A stretch of 59,589 nucleotides of DNA, the filler included, from Pirum gemmata (Eukaryota): the NCBI GenBank assembly GCA_002812295.1. It is 10 parts of 10 records of this genome, joined end to end, with 100 filler letters (N's around TTAATTAATTAA, not from the genome) between each part and the next. Parts side by side here need not be neighbours in the genome. Positions count along the whole stretch, not along the records: positions 10,942 to 16,317 come from PDIN01000581.1; positions 16,418 to 21,793 come from PDIN01000582.1; positions 21,894 to 27,281 come from PDIN01000583.1; positions 27,382 to 37,788 come from PDIN01000584.1; 6 more parts are not named here. The stretch is one strand, 5' to 3'. Shown one piece after another: positions 13,763 to 27,415 of this stretch (position 1 is the stretch's first letter; the number at the start of each line of letters is the position of its first letter). The notes beneath the pieces are model-generated. The model worked only from the letters and a program-made list of their open reading frames with translations. It was not told the DNA's origin and made no database searches. The translations under genes and the position numbers were made by a program.

Positions 13763-15030
13763 GGACGATGATGATGATAACAATTATATCAACAATAAAA
13801 TTAATAGTTTAAGTGAATGTAATCTCAACTATACTAACAGTGAAAGGGAATTGTATTGTGATGAGTCTAATGACGAAATCCTTGATTCTGATAATGAAAC
13901 AATAGACTCCGAACCTCAAAGAGTTAAAGCAATGCAAATTAATCGCAGTAACAGCAACAACAACAACAGTGATAAAACTACTACATTCAGAAGATCACCC
14001 TCGGTGAAAGTGTCTAGATCAAAATCACTCAACCGTTCTCCATCTCCATTCTTACCTTTACGTAAGCGTAATTTACCCTTATCTTTTTGGAAACCTAGGA
14101 TTAGACGTCATACTATTTCTACTGAAGTAACCAACTTCCAACCATCTTTTGATTCTAAAAAGCCCGAAAACCCTACAAAGAAACCCCACATTCATACCAT
14201 CCCCTCTACCAATGCAACAGTAGCAATAACAAAAGTTAAACCAAACATTCCCTCACTGATCAAAACCGACACTTTTATTACTTCCACTAACCCATCACCA
14301 TCACCATCACCATCAACATTGTCATCATTATCATCAACATCATCATCATCATCACCATCAACATCACCATCACCATCAACATCAACATCACCATCACCAT
14401 CACCATCACCATCACCATTATCACCACCATCAACCGTATCACCACTTCCACCCCCACGAACCCCTACGCATCGAACCCTCCCTGTTCGCTCAGTTTCTTG
14501 CAAGCGATTAAATTCAAGCTCAAACTCGATTACCTGCAAAAAGGTTAGTGTTTTAAGACGTTACAGTGTAGGGGGTGGTTCACCGATAACATTATTCGAT
14601 TCTTTATTGAACAAAAGTGGCTCGATTTCTTCAATTTCTAAATCACCTACTCGATCATTTCTCAGTAGCGTTCCTTCCTCTCTACCAGAGTTAAACAACA
14701 CAAATGATGTTATTATACCAACTTTTAGTCATAATAATAATAATAATGATAACATAAATAGACCGCATACTAATTCTCAAGAACATGGTATATTTGATAT
14801 TGAGAATAATAATAATGACATGAGTAATAATGTAGTTGTTAAGTTGGGCTCTTTGATGGATTTAGAAGGCATTGGATCTGACACTGATGCTTTTGATGAT
14901 AGTGATGGAGATAATGATGAAAACGATATTGAAGAAAATAGTACTGACGAATGTTATAATTCAGATGTTGGTAGTATTGATGTAAAGCCGAAAACCATTG
15001 ATAGTAGTAATATGTATGATGATAATAACT

Positions 15031-15066
<36 letters not shown>

Positions 15067-15242
15067 GTGAAAATTGTAATTCCCCACAACTTGGTCTCTC
15101 ACCTCGTTCTGTCGACCCTTTGATCACCAATAATAGTCATAATGATAACCAACACAATACATTGTATTCACATTCTCTTGATAGTATCGTAGAGTTTGGT
15201 ACACAAAATAACAACAACAACTGTAATAGTAACAACAACAAC

Positions 15243-15276
<34 letters not shown>

Positions 15277-16250
15277 TTGATGATAATGATACTGATAATG
15301 ACAGTGACAGTGACCTTAAATTAAAACGTGGTCAATCAATTGATTCGTTTGTGTCTTCTCGTAAGTCACCAAAACCCTGTAGACGTGTTGGTCGTAATTT
15401 ATTTTTACAGTATCTTGATGACCAACAACAGCAACAAACCCAACAACAAAAAGATGAATTAGCATCACTAAATAATAATAATAATGAAAATTATAATGAT
15501 CAAATTGTTAACGATAATAATAATAATCATAATAATAATAGTGATATCAACTATGATAATAATAATAATAGTAATGATAATAGTGATATTAATAATGATA
15601 GTGATAATGATAATAGTAATAGTGATAATGATAACAATACTGATAATAATAATAATGTTATTGTTACTAGCGAAAATATTAATAATGTTATTGTTAATAA
15701 TAATAATAATAGTAATAATAATAATAATGCCAATAATAATGATAATGAAGTAGAAAACAACAGTAGTCACAATAATCATTATAATACAGATAACTATTTC
15801 AGTGATAGTGCTCTTGATTTTTCTAATAGTGAAAGTAATAGCAACCATAGCCTTTTTGAGGACAATTTTTTAGAATCATCCTGCTCTTCAAGTTGTGACG
15901 ATAGTATGGACATTGATGATCCTGAACAATTCTACTATAATCATGATAACAATAATATCAATGACAATAACAATAACAAATATAATAATAATAATAATAA
16001 TAATAAGGATAACAATAACAATAATAATAATAATAATAATAATAATGATAGTAATAATAGTAAGACTAATTCATTTGGGTTGCGTTTTAATAATAATAAT
16101 AATAGTGAGAGTGAGCTTAATTCTTTTTCTTTGGGGTTTTCACTTTCTTGTGAGGTTTTTTGTCCGGAGCAAAATAGTTACGGGGCTTCTTTACTTGATC
16201 CTTGGGATGTAAAAGATTCTCATTATGATTTACTAGACATTTGTTCTTGA
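13533..16250 (+). CDS. 905-aa Asn/Asp/Ser-rich disordered protein with Vestigial-like (Tondu) helix and TEAD-binding omega-loop motif
   Basis: Uninterrupted ORF with AAAATG start. aa21-29 VDDHFSKSF and aa174-188 LPLRKRNLPLSFWKP; the rest is low complexity. The CDS is secure; the function is inferred. Confidence 0.85.
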
Positions 16251-17595
16251 TATTATATATAGTGGTAATAACATGAATAATAATAATAATAATAATCAAT
16301 AATATTAATTAATAATANNNNNNNNNNNNNNNNNNNNNNNNNNNNNNNNNNNNNNNNNNNNTTAATTAATTAANNNNNNNNNNNNNNNNNNNNNNNNNNN
16401 NNNNNNNNNNNNNNNNNAAAAATAAAAAAAAAAAAAAAAAAAATATTAATTTTATAATGTTCATACTATGTTCATCCTAATTTAATAAAATAAATATAAT
16501 ATTATATCGCACAATTTTATACATTTGTCGCAAAAAGTGTCTATAATATATATAAATCATATAGCATAACTGACAGGCATATCTATAAATTAGTTAATTA
16601 GCAGTTAATTAATTTTAAAGACCCCTTGAGAGTTGAGGCATAATGCATTGATACTATGATGCGTATCAATATTATAAAAAAAAAAATGCTAACCAAATTA
16701 TTATTTTAAAAACTGGCCATTGGTTCATAATAGGCAACTTCTAGAACAAGCTATTTATTTATATAATATAAATATATCATTTTTTGATAAAAAAATAGGG
16801 ATTTCTCTCGATCAGTTTGCAATCTGGTTGGGTGTTGTTTGCAAGTATTCTAAGCCTCAAGTTTACAAAACTTTTACAAATATAATTTAGAATAGAAATA
16901 ATCTACAATTATTGGTGGGAAAAAAGACAAAGAACGCCTGAAAAAAAAAAAAAAAAATAATATTTGGTTCGATCTCAAGATTCTCAACACCTAACAACCA
17001 AAAAGAACCAAAAAGGTGAGGCAAGACGCTGGCAAGACCGTGCCAAGGGCCCAAGACGCTGCTGCGCTGATGAGACTCTGCTAGATCTAGAGTCCAACTT
17101 CTGAGTCCAACTTCCCAGACCAAGAAAGAAAATACAGACAAAATCCAATGAAAAGTCACCTTGGAAATTAATGACGATCTCAAAATCTCTCAAAATGAAA
17201 ATCACTGACAAATTCCATAATGATGAGAAAAATGATGGTGATAGGCTTGGTAGCTAAAATAGTTGCTTAAAAAATCAATTTGTTTCCAGCCATTTGTTTA
17301 TAAACAGATCAGAACAGATCAGTGAACACAGATGTCAGCTCCTTTGTCAGTAATTTCACATTCGAATAATATGTCATGTCAAGGGGTAGATAGGCGGTAT
17401 TTGACCGGAAATTAACGTCAAGGGGTAGGTAGCCTAAGGTAGGTAGGCGGTATTTGAAGCAGTATTTGACCGGAAATTGGCGTTACACAGTATCCCAGAA
17501 ATTAACGTCAAGGGGTAGGTAGCCTAAGGTAGGTAGGCGGTATTTGAAGCTGTATTTGACCAGAAATTGGCGTTACACAGTATCCCAGTAACCCT

Positions 17596-17637
<42 letters not shown>

Positions 17638-18089
17638 ATTTTAACAACCAAGCCTGATAAAACTGTAGAAAATCATATTTTTTTAGACTTATTTTCTAAA
17701 ACCTTTTTAATTCTTACTAGCCAAATTATTTTTTAACTAGACTATTAGCTCATAATAGAGTTTTCTTAGTTAGATGATTTCTCAAATTTGGTAGTACTTT
17801 TATTAAAATTGGATCATTTTGAGATTTTTTGGATTTTGAGCTTATATGTAGACAGCCATTTTTATCCGGCTTGGTAAAAAAAAAAAGAAAAAAAAATTAT
17901 CTGATATAATATTATATTTTTTTAAAAAAATATATATATAGACTCATTTATATTCTAGATAAATAATTCTATCGGTAAAGTGCGGGTATTAAATTTTAAA
18001 GTCACAGCCTCACAGGTTATCTTTTGAATCTGATAGACTACGTCCCACAAAAACTTGGACTCTGCACTTATATAAAACTTACCTGTAGT

Positions 18090-18830
18090 TGTATGGTCAA
18101 TTATAGTTCTAATTTGCTGATTTGTTTCATACTATAATACTTTGGTATATACTATAGGTTAGAAAAAAATAATTTTTAATTGTCACTCGGTTTTGAATTG
18201 TTGTTTTTTTCATAATAGTATCATACCATAATACCACAATATATACCGGTAGTCTATGATTAGCAATTGTATTGTTCGTTTGTTGTAGGAATATTATTTT
18301 TTAATTTTTGTTCTTAATATTATAGCGTTATACCACTGTTATACCATAGTCGTTGTTATGGATGGTGTTGTTGCAGTTGTCGTCTGTATTGGGATTTATA
18401 TAAATACTTTTAAAAACTATTTTTTTGATATGGATGGGATAGCCATTCTATATCATTCTATATATTCTAGTTGCAAGATTGTCTAGATCTATGCTGTGTT
18501 CAAATTTTTTTTAACTTGACTTCTGATGGGATTCTTTTTTAATAGAGCAGTGTATTGAAATACTATTGAACTATAGCTATTGAAAATGAAAAGGTAATTT
18601 CTTCGATGGCCACTGTCTTGTTGGTTTTCTTTTATCCATGTGACTTTTTAAATTTTTTGGTCGTTTTTTTGTATTGATTCTTCAGTTCGTGATTATTTTT
18701 CCCATTCATTTTGTTCTATATTCCAAAGGTTGCTGAGAGTTTGTTGAGGTTGTTATCATTAAAAAAGTTCTTGCTTTGAGGTTTTCTTCTACGGTATGTT
18801 TTTTGTACTATTATTTGTCGGAGGTACATA
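18090..18830 (-). mobile_element. 5'-truncated decayed copy of the L1/Tx1-like LINE
   Basis: Reverse complement aligns by eye to ~47030-47610 (e.g. GTAGAAGAAAACCTCAAAGC, AAAGAAAACCAACAAGACAGTGG, ATGAAACAAATCAGCAAA). Confidence 0.8.
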
Positions 18831-20301
18831 TTTAGACAGTAGTAACACCATCAAATATATTTGATGAAAAAAAAAAACGCAAACACTGCAGTGCAGACCC
18901 CTCACCCTTATAAGTCCAGACCGACCACATCAGAAGAAAATTACAAGCTTTCATAGAATCATATATTATTATATTGCAATATATTAAACTTATATAAGCC
19001 ATTAAAGTGGTAATCTAGCTAAAAAAAGGGTATTTCAAAAAGTGACTCCATTATTGAATATTCCCCATAATATCATTTCATTTAGTAATATATAAAATAA
19101 TACGACTATATATATTATGATAATATTATATTATACTAGAGGTGGTTATGGTGGTGTGTTATCTGATATATTTTAATTTTTTTTAAAAAGTCTAAATTAT
19201 ATAATATATAGATCTACGAGAGTCAATATGATAAGTAACTATATGATAATACAGAGCGGAATATATAATATATTACCAGATACATTCATAATTAACTCAT
19301 ATCGATAATTAGTACATTTGATAATATTTAATTAATAGATAGTATTAATTTACATTTATTCTAGTATTTTTCTGAGTATTTTTTTTAGATTATGACATAT
19401 CATATATATAAAAATGGCAAAACAATCATTTTCAAACAAATAACTGGAATAAATAAACAAAAAAAAAATTATTCAAAATGTAATCTAAAAAAAAAAGGCC
19501 AAAAGAAAAGAAGAAATTTTTGGTATCTATTTATTTATATATAGACAGTAGACTATGTTATTTTTATATTTTAATTAAATTTTATAAATAGCTAATCAAG
19601 AGGTATTTAAAAAAAGTAATATTAATTGTAAATTGTAATGCATTATACGCTATACAATCTACATAGTATGATTTGATAATATTTTAAAAAATAGTGTAAT
19701 GTAATATTAAAATTAAAAATATTAGGTAGACTATCGGTAGTGCTTTTCACAGGTGCTTTTCAGTTAGCTGTTTTGGCATCATAAAATATACAATAAAAAG
19801 CACGAAATTAATATAATATAAGTCATTTTTATTTAATTTGGTATATTTTATAAGCTATTTATTCATTTAAAAAATGTCAATTAAAAGGTTATAATCTACC
19901 AAATTAATATTCAGAGTGACAAACTAAATGGAAAGCAAAATACATTATTAGACTATGTCGAAAAAAAAAAGTAGCCTATTTTAACATGCGAACTTATTAA
20001 TGGGGGGCTAATGGGGGGTTGGGTCATGACGTTACATGTTAACAAATGCACTCAAATTAGTATTTTAGTCCCTCTCAGTTTTGATTTACTATTTTAAGCA
20101 CTGTGTATCCTAGTTACTATTTATAGTAATTTTAATATATATAAAAAAAAGACTCGAAAAAAATAACAATAAAAGCCACTTTGCTCAAAAAGCGGATGAT
20201 AATGAAAAAAAGGCACTCTAGATTCTAGAAGCTACTCTAGATCCACAAAAAACAAGGAAAAATGAAAGATCGATTCGATTACCCATTGGAGTTGATTTTG
20301 A

Positions 20302-20346
<45 letters not shown>

Positions 20347-20379
20347 TACGCAGCCTACAACTTTCCGTCAATTATGAAA

Positions 20380-20526
20380 GGGAGTGTGTTCAAATTCTAC
20401 ATAACACCAATTTCTGGTCAAATACAGCTTCAAATACCCCTATCCACCTACCCCTTGACTTTAATTTCCAGTCAAATACCGCCTACCTACCTACCCTTTG
20501 ACGTGACGTATTATTTAAACGCTCCC
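20380..20526. mobile_element. MITE family A (~147 bp, PIF/Harbinger-like)
   Basis: TIR consensus GGGAGCRTTCAAATAMTACGTMAC with internal CCTACCTACC repeats. Copies at 6661-6797, 11786-11884, 17357-17583 (internal duplication), 36689-36825 (preceded by TAA) and 42000-42146. Confidence 0.8.
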
Positions 20527-21552
20527 ACTTTAACTTGGACCCAAAGTACTACCAAAATTTGAGAAATCATCTAACTAAAAAAACTCTATTATGAACCAAT
20601 GGCTAATTTTTTTTTAAATTTATCCAAGGACTTCAAGTTTCTTTTTTTGAAGTCCTTGATTTATCATATCATATTATGATATCATATTTTAAAAAAAAAA
20701 AAAAAATAATTTTGCTAGGCTAGTCTAGTTTTAGAAAAGAAGCACAAAAAAAAATATAAATCCGGCTTACGCTTATGTTTTAACTCCACTGCTGCTGCTA
20801 TGATAATATCTTAACTTCATAAGAAGATGATGATAATCATGTACATTATAGTTGTCTTAATATCGTCTATTGCCCTCTCAATCTTTAATTTGGTACTGTT
20901 TAAGTGTATAATTGTGTTTATTTATAAAATACAACAATAAATATAAAATACCAAGTATATGACTGATCGTTTTACCACAATAATAATTTTAAAATTTGTA
21001 GTTTATTTCAATTTTTGAACTGGGCCAACACTATTGAAAAACATAATATCATAATCATCTTCATAATAACAATAGCAATGGAGTGATAGTCTACAATAAG
21101 AATACGTAGTCCAGAGACCCCAGACCCTGATCACACACTCACAGCCCATGTGTTCATATTTATAATTGATGTTCATATTATAATAAATATTCATATTTAT
21201 AAATAATAAATAAAGTTATTAACGTTTAATACCAGCTTTCTTGTTTGAAATGTGACTGTTTGTCACTCTGAATAGTTATTTAGCAGGTTATAATATTTAA
21301 ATTGACATTTTTAAATGAGTAAATGGATAATAAAATAGCAAATTAAAATAAAAAATGGATTTATATGGAATTCTATGATGACAAACCAACTGAAAAGCAA
21401 TGTTATATCATGATTCTATCAGTATTCTATCATAGTCTACAGTCTACTAGCTAGCTATCGATCTAGTCTACACACTCGGCAGCCGTATCATCTCGGCATC
21501 TTTCGAGTTTTTTTTTGGCTCAGTTCCAATCGGCCGAAATAATCATTGCCGA

Positions 21553-21793
21553 ACATATTTGTAGTTTTAGAGAGAGTTAGAGTTAGCGTTAGAGTTAATT
21601 AAGAGTTACAGTTAGAGTTAAGAGTTAGAGTTAGGGTTAGAGTTTGAGTGAATTAATTAAGAGTTAGAGTTAGAGTTAGAGTTAGAGTTAATTAAGAGTT
21701 AGAGTTAGAGGTAAGAGTTAGAGTTAGAGTTAGAGTTTGAGTGAATTAAGAGTTAGAGTTAGAGTTAGAGTTAGAGTTAAAGTTAGAGTTAGA
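21553..21793. repeat. (TTAGAG)n telomere-variant satellite at contig end
   Basis: Direct reading. Confidence 0.9.
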
Positions 21794-22257
21794 NNNNNNN
21801 NNNNNNNNNNNNNNNNNNNNNNNNNNNNNNNNNNNNNTTAATTAATTAANNNNNNNNNNNNNNNNNNNNNNNNNNNNNNNNNNNNNNNNNNNNATTATTA
21901 TTATTATTAATATTATTAGTATTTTAATTAATATTATCATTATCATTCAGTTCCTGTTGTTCCTACTTCTACTACTGGTAGTATTACTGAAGCTGCTACC
22001 ACTCCTGTTCCTATTACTTCTGATAGTGGTACTACTACTACAGCTACTGCTAATAATACTTCAATCCTCGCGAAACTGATACTTTTGATTCTGCTGATTA
22101 CACTCCGTCTTAGCCAGGACAACCTTCAATCAGCCTTTTTTTTTCTTCATCTTTACGGCGTCCTCGTTCACAACCTACTAATAGTAGACTATTACACCAG
22201 CTGTGTCTCTATCTAGTCAACTCTTCTGAGTCTTCTCCTACTGTTACTTTTCACTAA

Positions 22258-22412
22258 CATAAATAGAGCAGTTCGCACTTTGACTTGTGGAACTGGGGTT
22301 TTACTAAAATAAATAAAGCAGTTTGCATTTTGTACTTTGATTTGTTGTGAAACTGGGGGTTTACAATAAAATAAATAAAACAGTTTGCCTTTTGCACTTT
22401 GAGTTGTTGAAA
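22258..22412. repeat. Three degenerate tandem ~50-60 bp units (AAATAAA..GCAGTTTGCA..TTTGA..TGTGAAACTGGGG)
   Basis: Direct comparison of the units. Confidence 0.65.
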
Positions 22413-25400
22413 TTTGAAAATGGCACTAAAATAGCTTTGAAAATAGACTAAATACAGTCTAAACTAAATATCATTCTGATACTGACTAAATAGACTTTCT
22501 ATATAGACTAACTGAATAATCTACTGAATAATTAGGAATAATTACTGTTTGCAGGGAATAATTACAAAAAAAAATTATCACATGGTTAAAGCTCTTAACC
22601 AATCATGTTTTACTTACCATCACCAAAAAAAACAACTTTTTTTTTTTTTAAAAAAACTAACAAGCCGGATAAAAATAGCGGCCCCCACTATTCACAAAAA
22701 TCCAAAAATCTCAAAATGATCCAATTTTAATGAAAGTACTACCAAATATTGAGAAATTACTTTTAAATAAAAAACTCTATTATTAACCAATGGCTATTTT
22801 TAATAATAATTTGGCTAGTTATAATTAAAGGTTTAAAAATGCTTTTTACAGTTTTATCCAACATAGGCTGCATAGCTGCTAAAAGAAAAAAAAGGGTTAG
22901 GAGTTTACTGTTTAGGGGTTAGGTTTAGGGTTAGGCTTCAAAAAGATTGGTTCGATTATAATAAGGGCAATTCCAAAACTAGAGATAAAAAAAAAAAAAA
23001 AAAAACTAGCTAAGTTATAATAAGCTAACTATGATATCATAGATGTCTAACTAGCTAGCATGAATCATGATAGTAGTAGGAAAAAGAAGTGAAAAAGAGC
23101 TAGCTAGCTAGCTAACTACTAGGCTGAACTACTAGGCTAACTAGTAGGGAAAAAGAGAAGATACCCGCAGAATAAGAAAACCCTGTAAGAAAACCAAGCT
23201 GGACAAAATTGCGACATCCGCCGCCATAGCTCAAAAACCAAAAAAATTTCAAAATGCTCCAATTTTTTTTAAAAATGGTTTTTAGAAAAGAAATCTAAAA
23301 AAAATGGTTTCTACAATGTAATAGCAACAATAATCTATATAATAATTATAATAATATTCTATTTTTGAATTGAAATGCTTACGATACATTTTTTAAATGA
23401 TTTATTCATCGATATGACTTTATACTGTTGTATTAATAATGTATTAATTAATATTGTTGCATTTCTATATATTTATATAATATATTAATACAATATTATA
23501 GTACTAGTATTAATATTATTACGTTGTTATTTTTTGTTATTAATATTAAGTTATCGTATAGTAATATTTATTAATATTAATATATATTGTTATTATGCAT
23601 TAGTTTTATTGCTATACTGTTATAGTGTTATAATAATGTATTATATTTTTATATTAGCTGTGGTGTATATTATAATTATATATTATAAGCGATGAACATA
23701 TTTAATATTAAAATATTTGTATTAATTAAATATTTAAAATTTGATTTTAATAATAAATAAATAAATATATTACTATAATATTAGCTTTACTATATTACTT
23801 TTAAAATAACCCCAACCCTATAGCTAACTTTAAAAGCTTCTATAATCCAATATAATTTAAGGCTGTAGACTAAGCCGGTGTATTGACAAGGAAAATAGAA
23901 TTCTTGTGATAAGTATTTAATATTATATACTCTTATATACTTATTATACTATTGTGCTTTTCATTTATTTTGTTACTCCAAATATTTATTTGGTTGGTTA
24001 TGGTATTTAATTAAATTGACTTTTTAAATGAATAAATAGATAATAAAATTTACCAAATTAAATGAAATGGATTTGTATTGTATTAATTTGGCACTCTTTT
24101 TCGTATATTTTATGATGACAAAAGCACGATATTTATAATAATTGTATTATCTAATTATTCTATTATGATCATAATTTAATTAATTAATATCAGATACTGG
24201 TAGTCATAACTATTCTTTTTATTTGGGGAATATGAACTTATGAAGTACTTAAAATATGATTGATAGTATTTGATAGTTACTACAGGCCTGTTACTACTAC
24301 CAGATTTCTACTACCTAATTCTTGTATCATATTATTATATTTATAACTTGCTTTTTATCACCAAAATCACCTAAATCACCAAATCACTACCCAGTAGTCG
24401 ACCCAGTAGTAGACTCCAGGTAGTAGACTAGACAGATTCTACTACAGAACAGAGGTCTAGCTAGCTAGGAACAGAGGTAGTGTAATTTTTATAATCACTA
24501 TGAGTCTACCATATGATGGCTTTTAAAAATATCGCTAGTCTAGGGAAAAATAGTTGGAAAAATCCTAAAATCAGTGCTAGTAGTGTGCAAGTCGTGATTA
24601 TCATGACCAAAAATAGACATTGCGGAAATTGCGAAAAAAAAACGGCAATAAGTTGATTACTGATTAGTCAAAATTAGCCAATGGAAGCCAATAGAGATTT
24701 TCTTTTTTTTTTTTCTTTCTATCATAAAGAAAAAAAATCTACCTATGTTTGATGGAAAGTTAAATTGAGTCGCAAGACCGTTTACACTTCAAAACAATAA
24801 TAACAACTTTTAAATTTATTAATACGATAACAATACCAAAGGTAACAACAATCAGAACAAACAAACACAACTGAAAATGATTAATATACCAGAAGTTAAT
24901 GTACTAGAGCTTAATTAACTAGTATTCTATCAGGATACTAGTATACTACTACTAGCTAGTCTTTCAAATAGCTTCGGTCTATTGTTGCATCTTCAAAAAA
25001 TGCATGGAATGAAAATGTAATGAAACCAGAATCAGATTTATAATATCGATAACTCCAATAGTCTGCAATACCAGTGCAATACCTGCTTTGTTGGTTTGAT
25101 ATACTTTTGATATCATCATAATATATAAACTTATCTTACCTATGCCTCTTTGTCCAAAACACTTTTGGTCATAATTTTAAAGTTCATTTTAATAATTAAT
25201 TACTGCATAAAACAGTTTAAGTCACACTTTCGAGCAATGACTTCTATCAAAGAATAAGTGACCTTCTTTATGAATGCTCCCTTAAATCTATCATCTATAT
25301 CAATATATCGATAATATCACATGATACATCCTCAATGTCGAGTGTTGATAATATCATAATCATATCTATAGATAGAGACTACTAACTAGTGCGTACTACT

Positions 25401-25905
25401 ACTAGCTAGTAGTGTAGCATCAGAGAGTATCAGAGTGATAATCGATAGTAAAAGTATCATATAGTAAACCAAATAGAGCGGATTGTACTATTTTAATAAT
25501 TATGATACTGCTACTAAGTATAATATTATTTTGCTAGTAATAATGATACACTTTTTAAATATGATAGAACCGTAACTGGAAACAGTCTAGCTAGAGAATT
25601 TTAGAAACCGCTGCGGTGCTGCCACCGTGCTAAAGGCTGGAGCTAACTAGCTAGCTAGGGTGCAGCGGGTGCTGGAGCCTGGAAACCAGTATTTCTTGTT
25701 TTTCTTTTTTTTTTTCTCTCAACCACAAATTTTCACTAAATTTTCTCAAATTTTCTCTAGAATTTTTTACTAATTTTTTAGTTATTTTTTCTATGGTACT
25801 AAGAGAGAGTACTATCACTGTACTATAAGCTAGCCAGTAGCGTTCTCATACTGTCAAATTGTAATATTATTTTTTTTTAAAAAAAAATAGGCCTCTGTCA
25901 ATCAG

Positions 25906-25955
<50 letters not shown>

Positions 25956-25980
25956 TTTTTTTTTTTTTTTTTTTTTAATT

Positions 25981-26202
25981 ACCAAGCCGGATAAAAATGG
26001 CGACATCCACAGCTCAAAACCCAAAAAATTTCAAAATAAACCAATTTTAATTAAAGTACTACCAAATTTTGAGAAAATTTCTAACTAAGAAAACTCTATT
26101 AAGAACCAATAGCCAGTTTTTTAAAAACATTTGGCTAGTTAGCGTTAAAGGTTTTAGAAAGAAGTCTAAAGAAATGATTTCTACAGTTTTATTAGGCTTG
26201 GT
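25981..26202. mobile_element. MITE family D (~222 bp; TIR ACCAAGCC(G/T)RATAAAA)
   Basis: Both TIRs present here and at 17647-17875. Other copies at ~7997-8275, 12076-12300, 16690-16735, 20544-20750, 22660-22860, 23194-23315, 26763-26982, 29834-30140 and 41180-41215. Confidence 0.85.
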
Positions 26203-26425
26203 TGAAAAAAATTTTTTTTAAAAAAAAAAAAGCTGGATCGCCATATCATATTTTTTTTTTTAAAAAATAATATCATAACTAGTCTATATCTATATCATAT
26301 GAGCTCAAAAATCCGAAACTCTCAAATTTAGATACTCAAAATAGTTCTCAAAATACTCTCAAAATACTCTCAAAAATTCAAAATACTCCACCAGAAATAC
26401 TCTAATTTTTTTTAACAAGTAGTAA

Positions 26426-26487
<62 letters not shown>

Positions 26488-27381
26488 TTTTTTTTTTTAC
26501 TTCTGCATTTAGCTCCTGCAAATTTGCAATGGTCCTTCAGAAGTTCAGAGGGATCCCGAGTTCAGAGTTCAGACTCTCTGGGTTTTGTAAACTTTTTAGT
26601 CACCCAGCTAATCAGAAAATAACTCCAGAAAATAATGCAGAAAGAATGGAGAAAAATAAGAGAAAAATAACACAAAACTTGTGACAGAAGTGACCGAACT
26701 CTCAGAGACACGGAACACCTTTTTTTTTTTTAATTTTTTTATTATTATTATTATTTTCATCATAAAACTGTAGAAATAATTTTTTTTAGATTTTTTTTCT
26801 AAAAACCTTTAATACTAACTAGCCAAAAAAAATTGAAAAACTAGCAATTGGTTCAGAAAAGAGTTTTCTTAGTTAGACTATTTATCAAATTTTGGTAGTA
26901 CTCCTATCGAATTTGGATCATTTTGAAATTTTTTGGATTTTTGAGCTCATATGGCGGGTGTCGCCATTTTTATCTGGCTTGGTAGTTAANTCTTGGTAAT
27001 TAAAAAAAAAATTTGTAAATTGTGGTTGACTTTTTAAAAAAAAAAAAAATTGACTATGATACCAAGCCCGATAAAAATAGCAACCCGGTCTGTCATGACT
27101 CATAAGAGCGTGTATCGTGTTTTTCAGTTCAAAAACTGAAATAAACATAGACTAGGTAGGGGCAACCCAGTTTTTCAGTTTAAAAACTGAAATAAACATA
27201 GACTACTAAGTCCTCGAGTAGACTAGTCTATCAAATTAAACTATCAGACATGTTTTAATTAATTTGGTAATATTTTATAAANNNNNNNNNNNNNNNNNNN
27301 NNNNNNNNNNNNNNNNNNNNNNNNNTTAATTAATTAANNNNNNNNNNNNNNNNNNNNNNNNNNNNNNNNNNNNNNNNNNNN

Positions 27382-27415
<34 letters not shown>

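Noticed and set aside
13588..16299. Alternative-frame and antisense ORFs over the 905-aa gene (likewise 28136-28833, 39335-40352, 49714-53051)
   Set aside because: They are shadows of triplet repeats or of the real CDS, with no independent signal.
16975..17230. GC-richer island with short ORFs on both strands
   Set aside because: No recognisable motif or splice structure; possibly an old TE remnant, but unsupported.
21553..21793. True chromosome telomere
   Set aside because: The TTAGAG array is degenerate and interrupted, and the same variant occurs in introns; it is more likely a satellite that broke the assembly.
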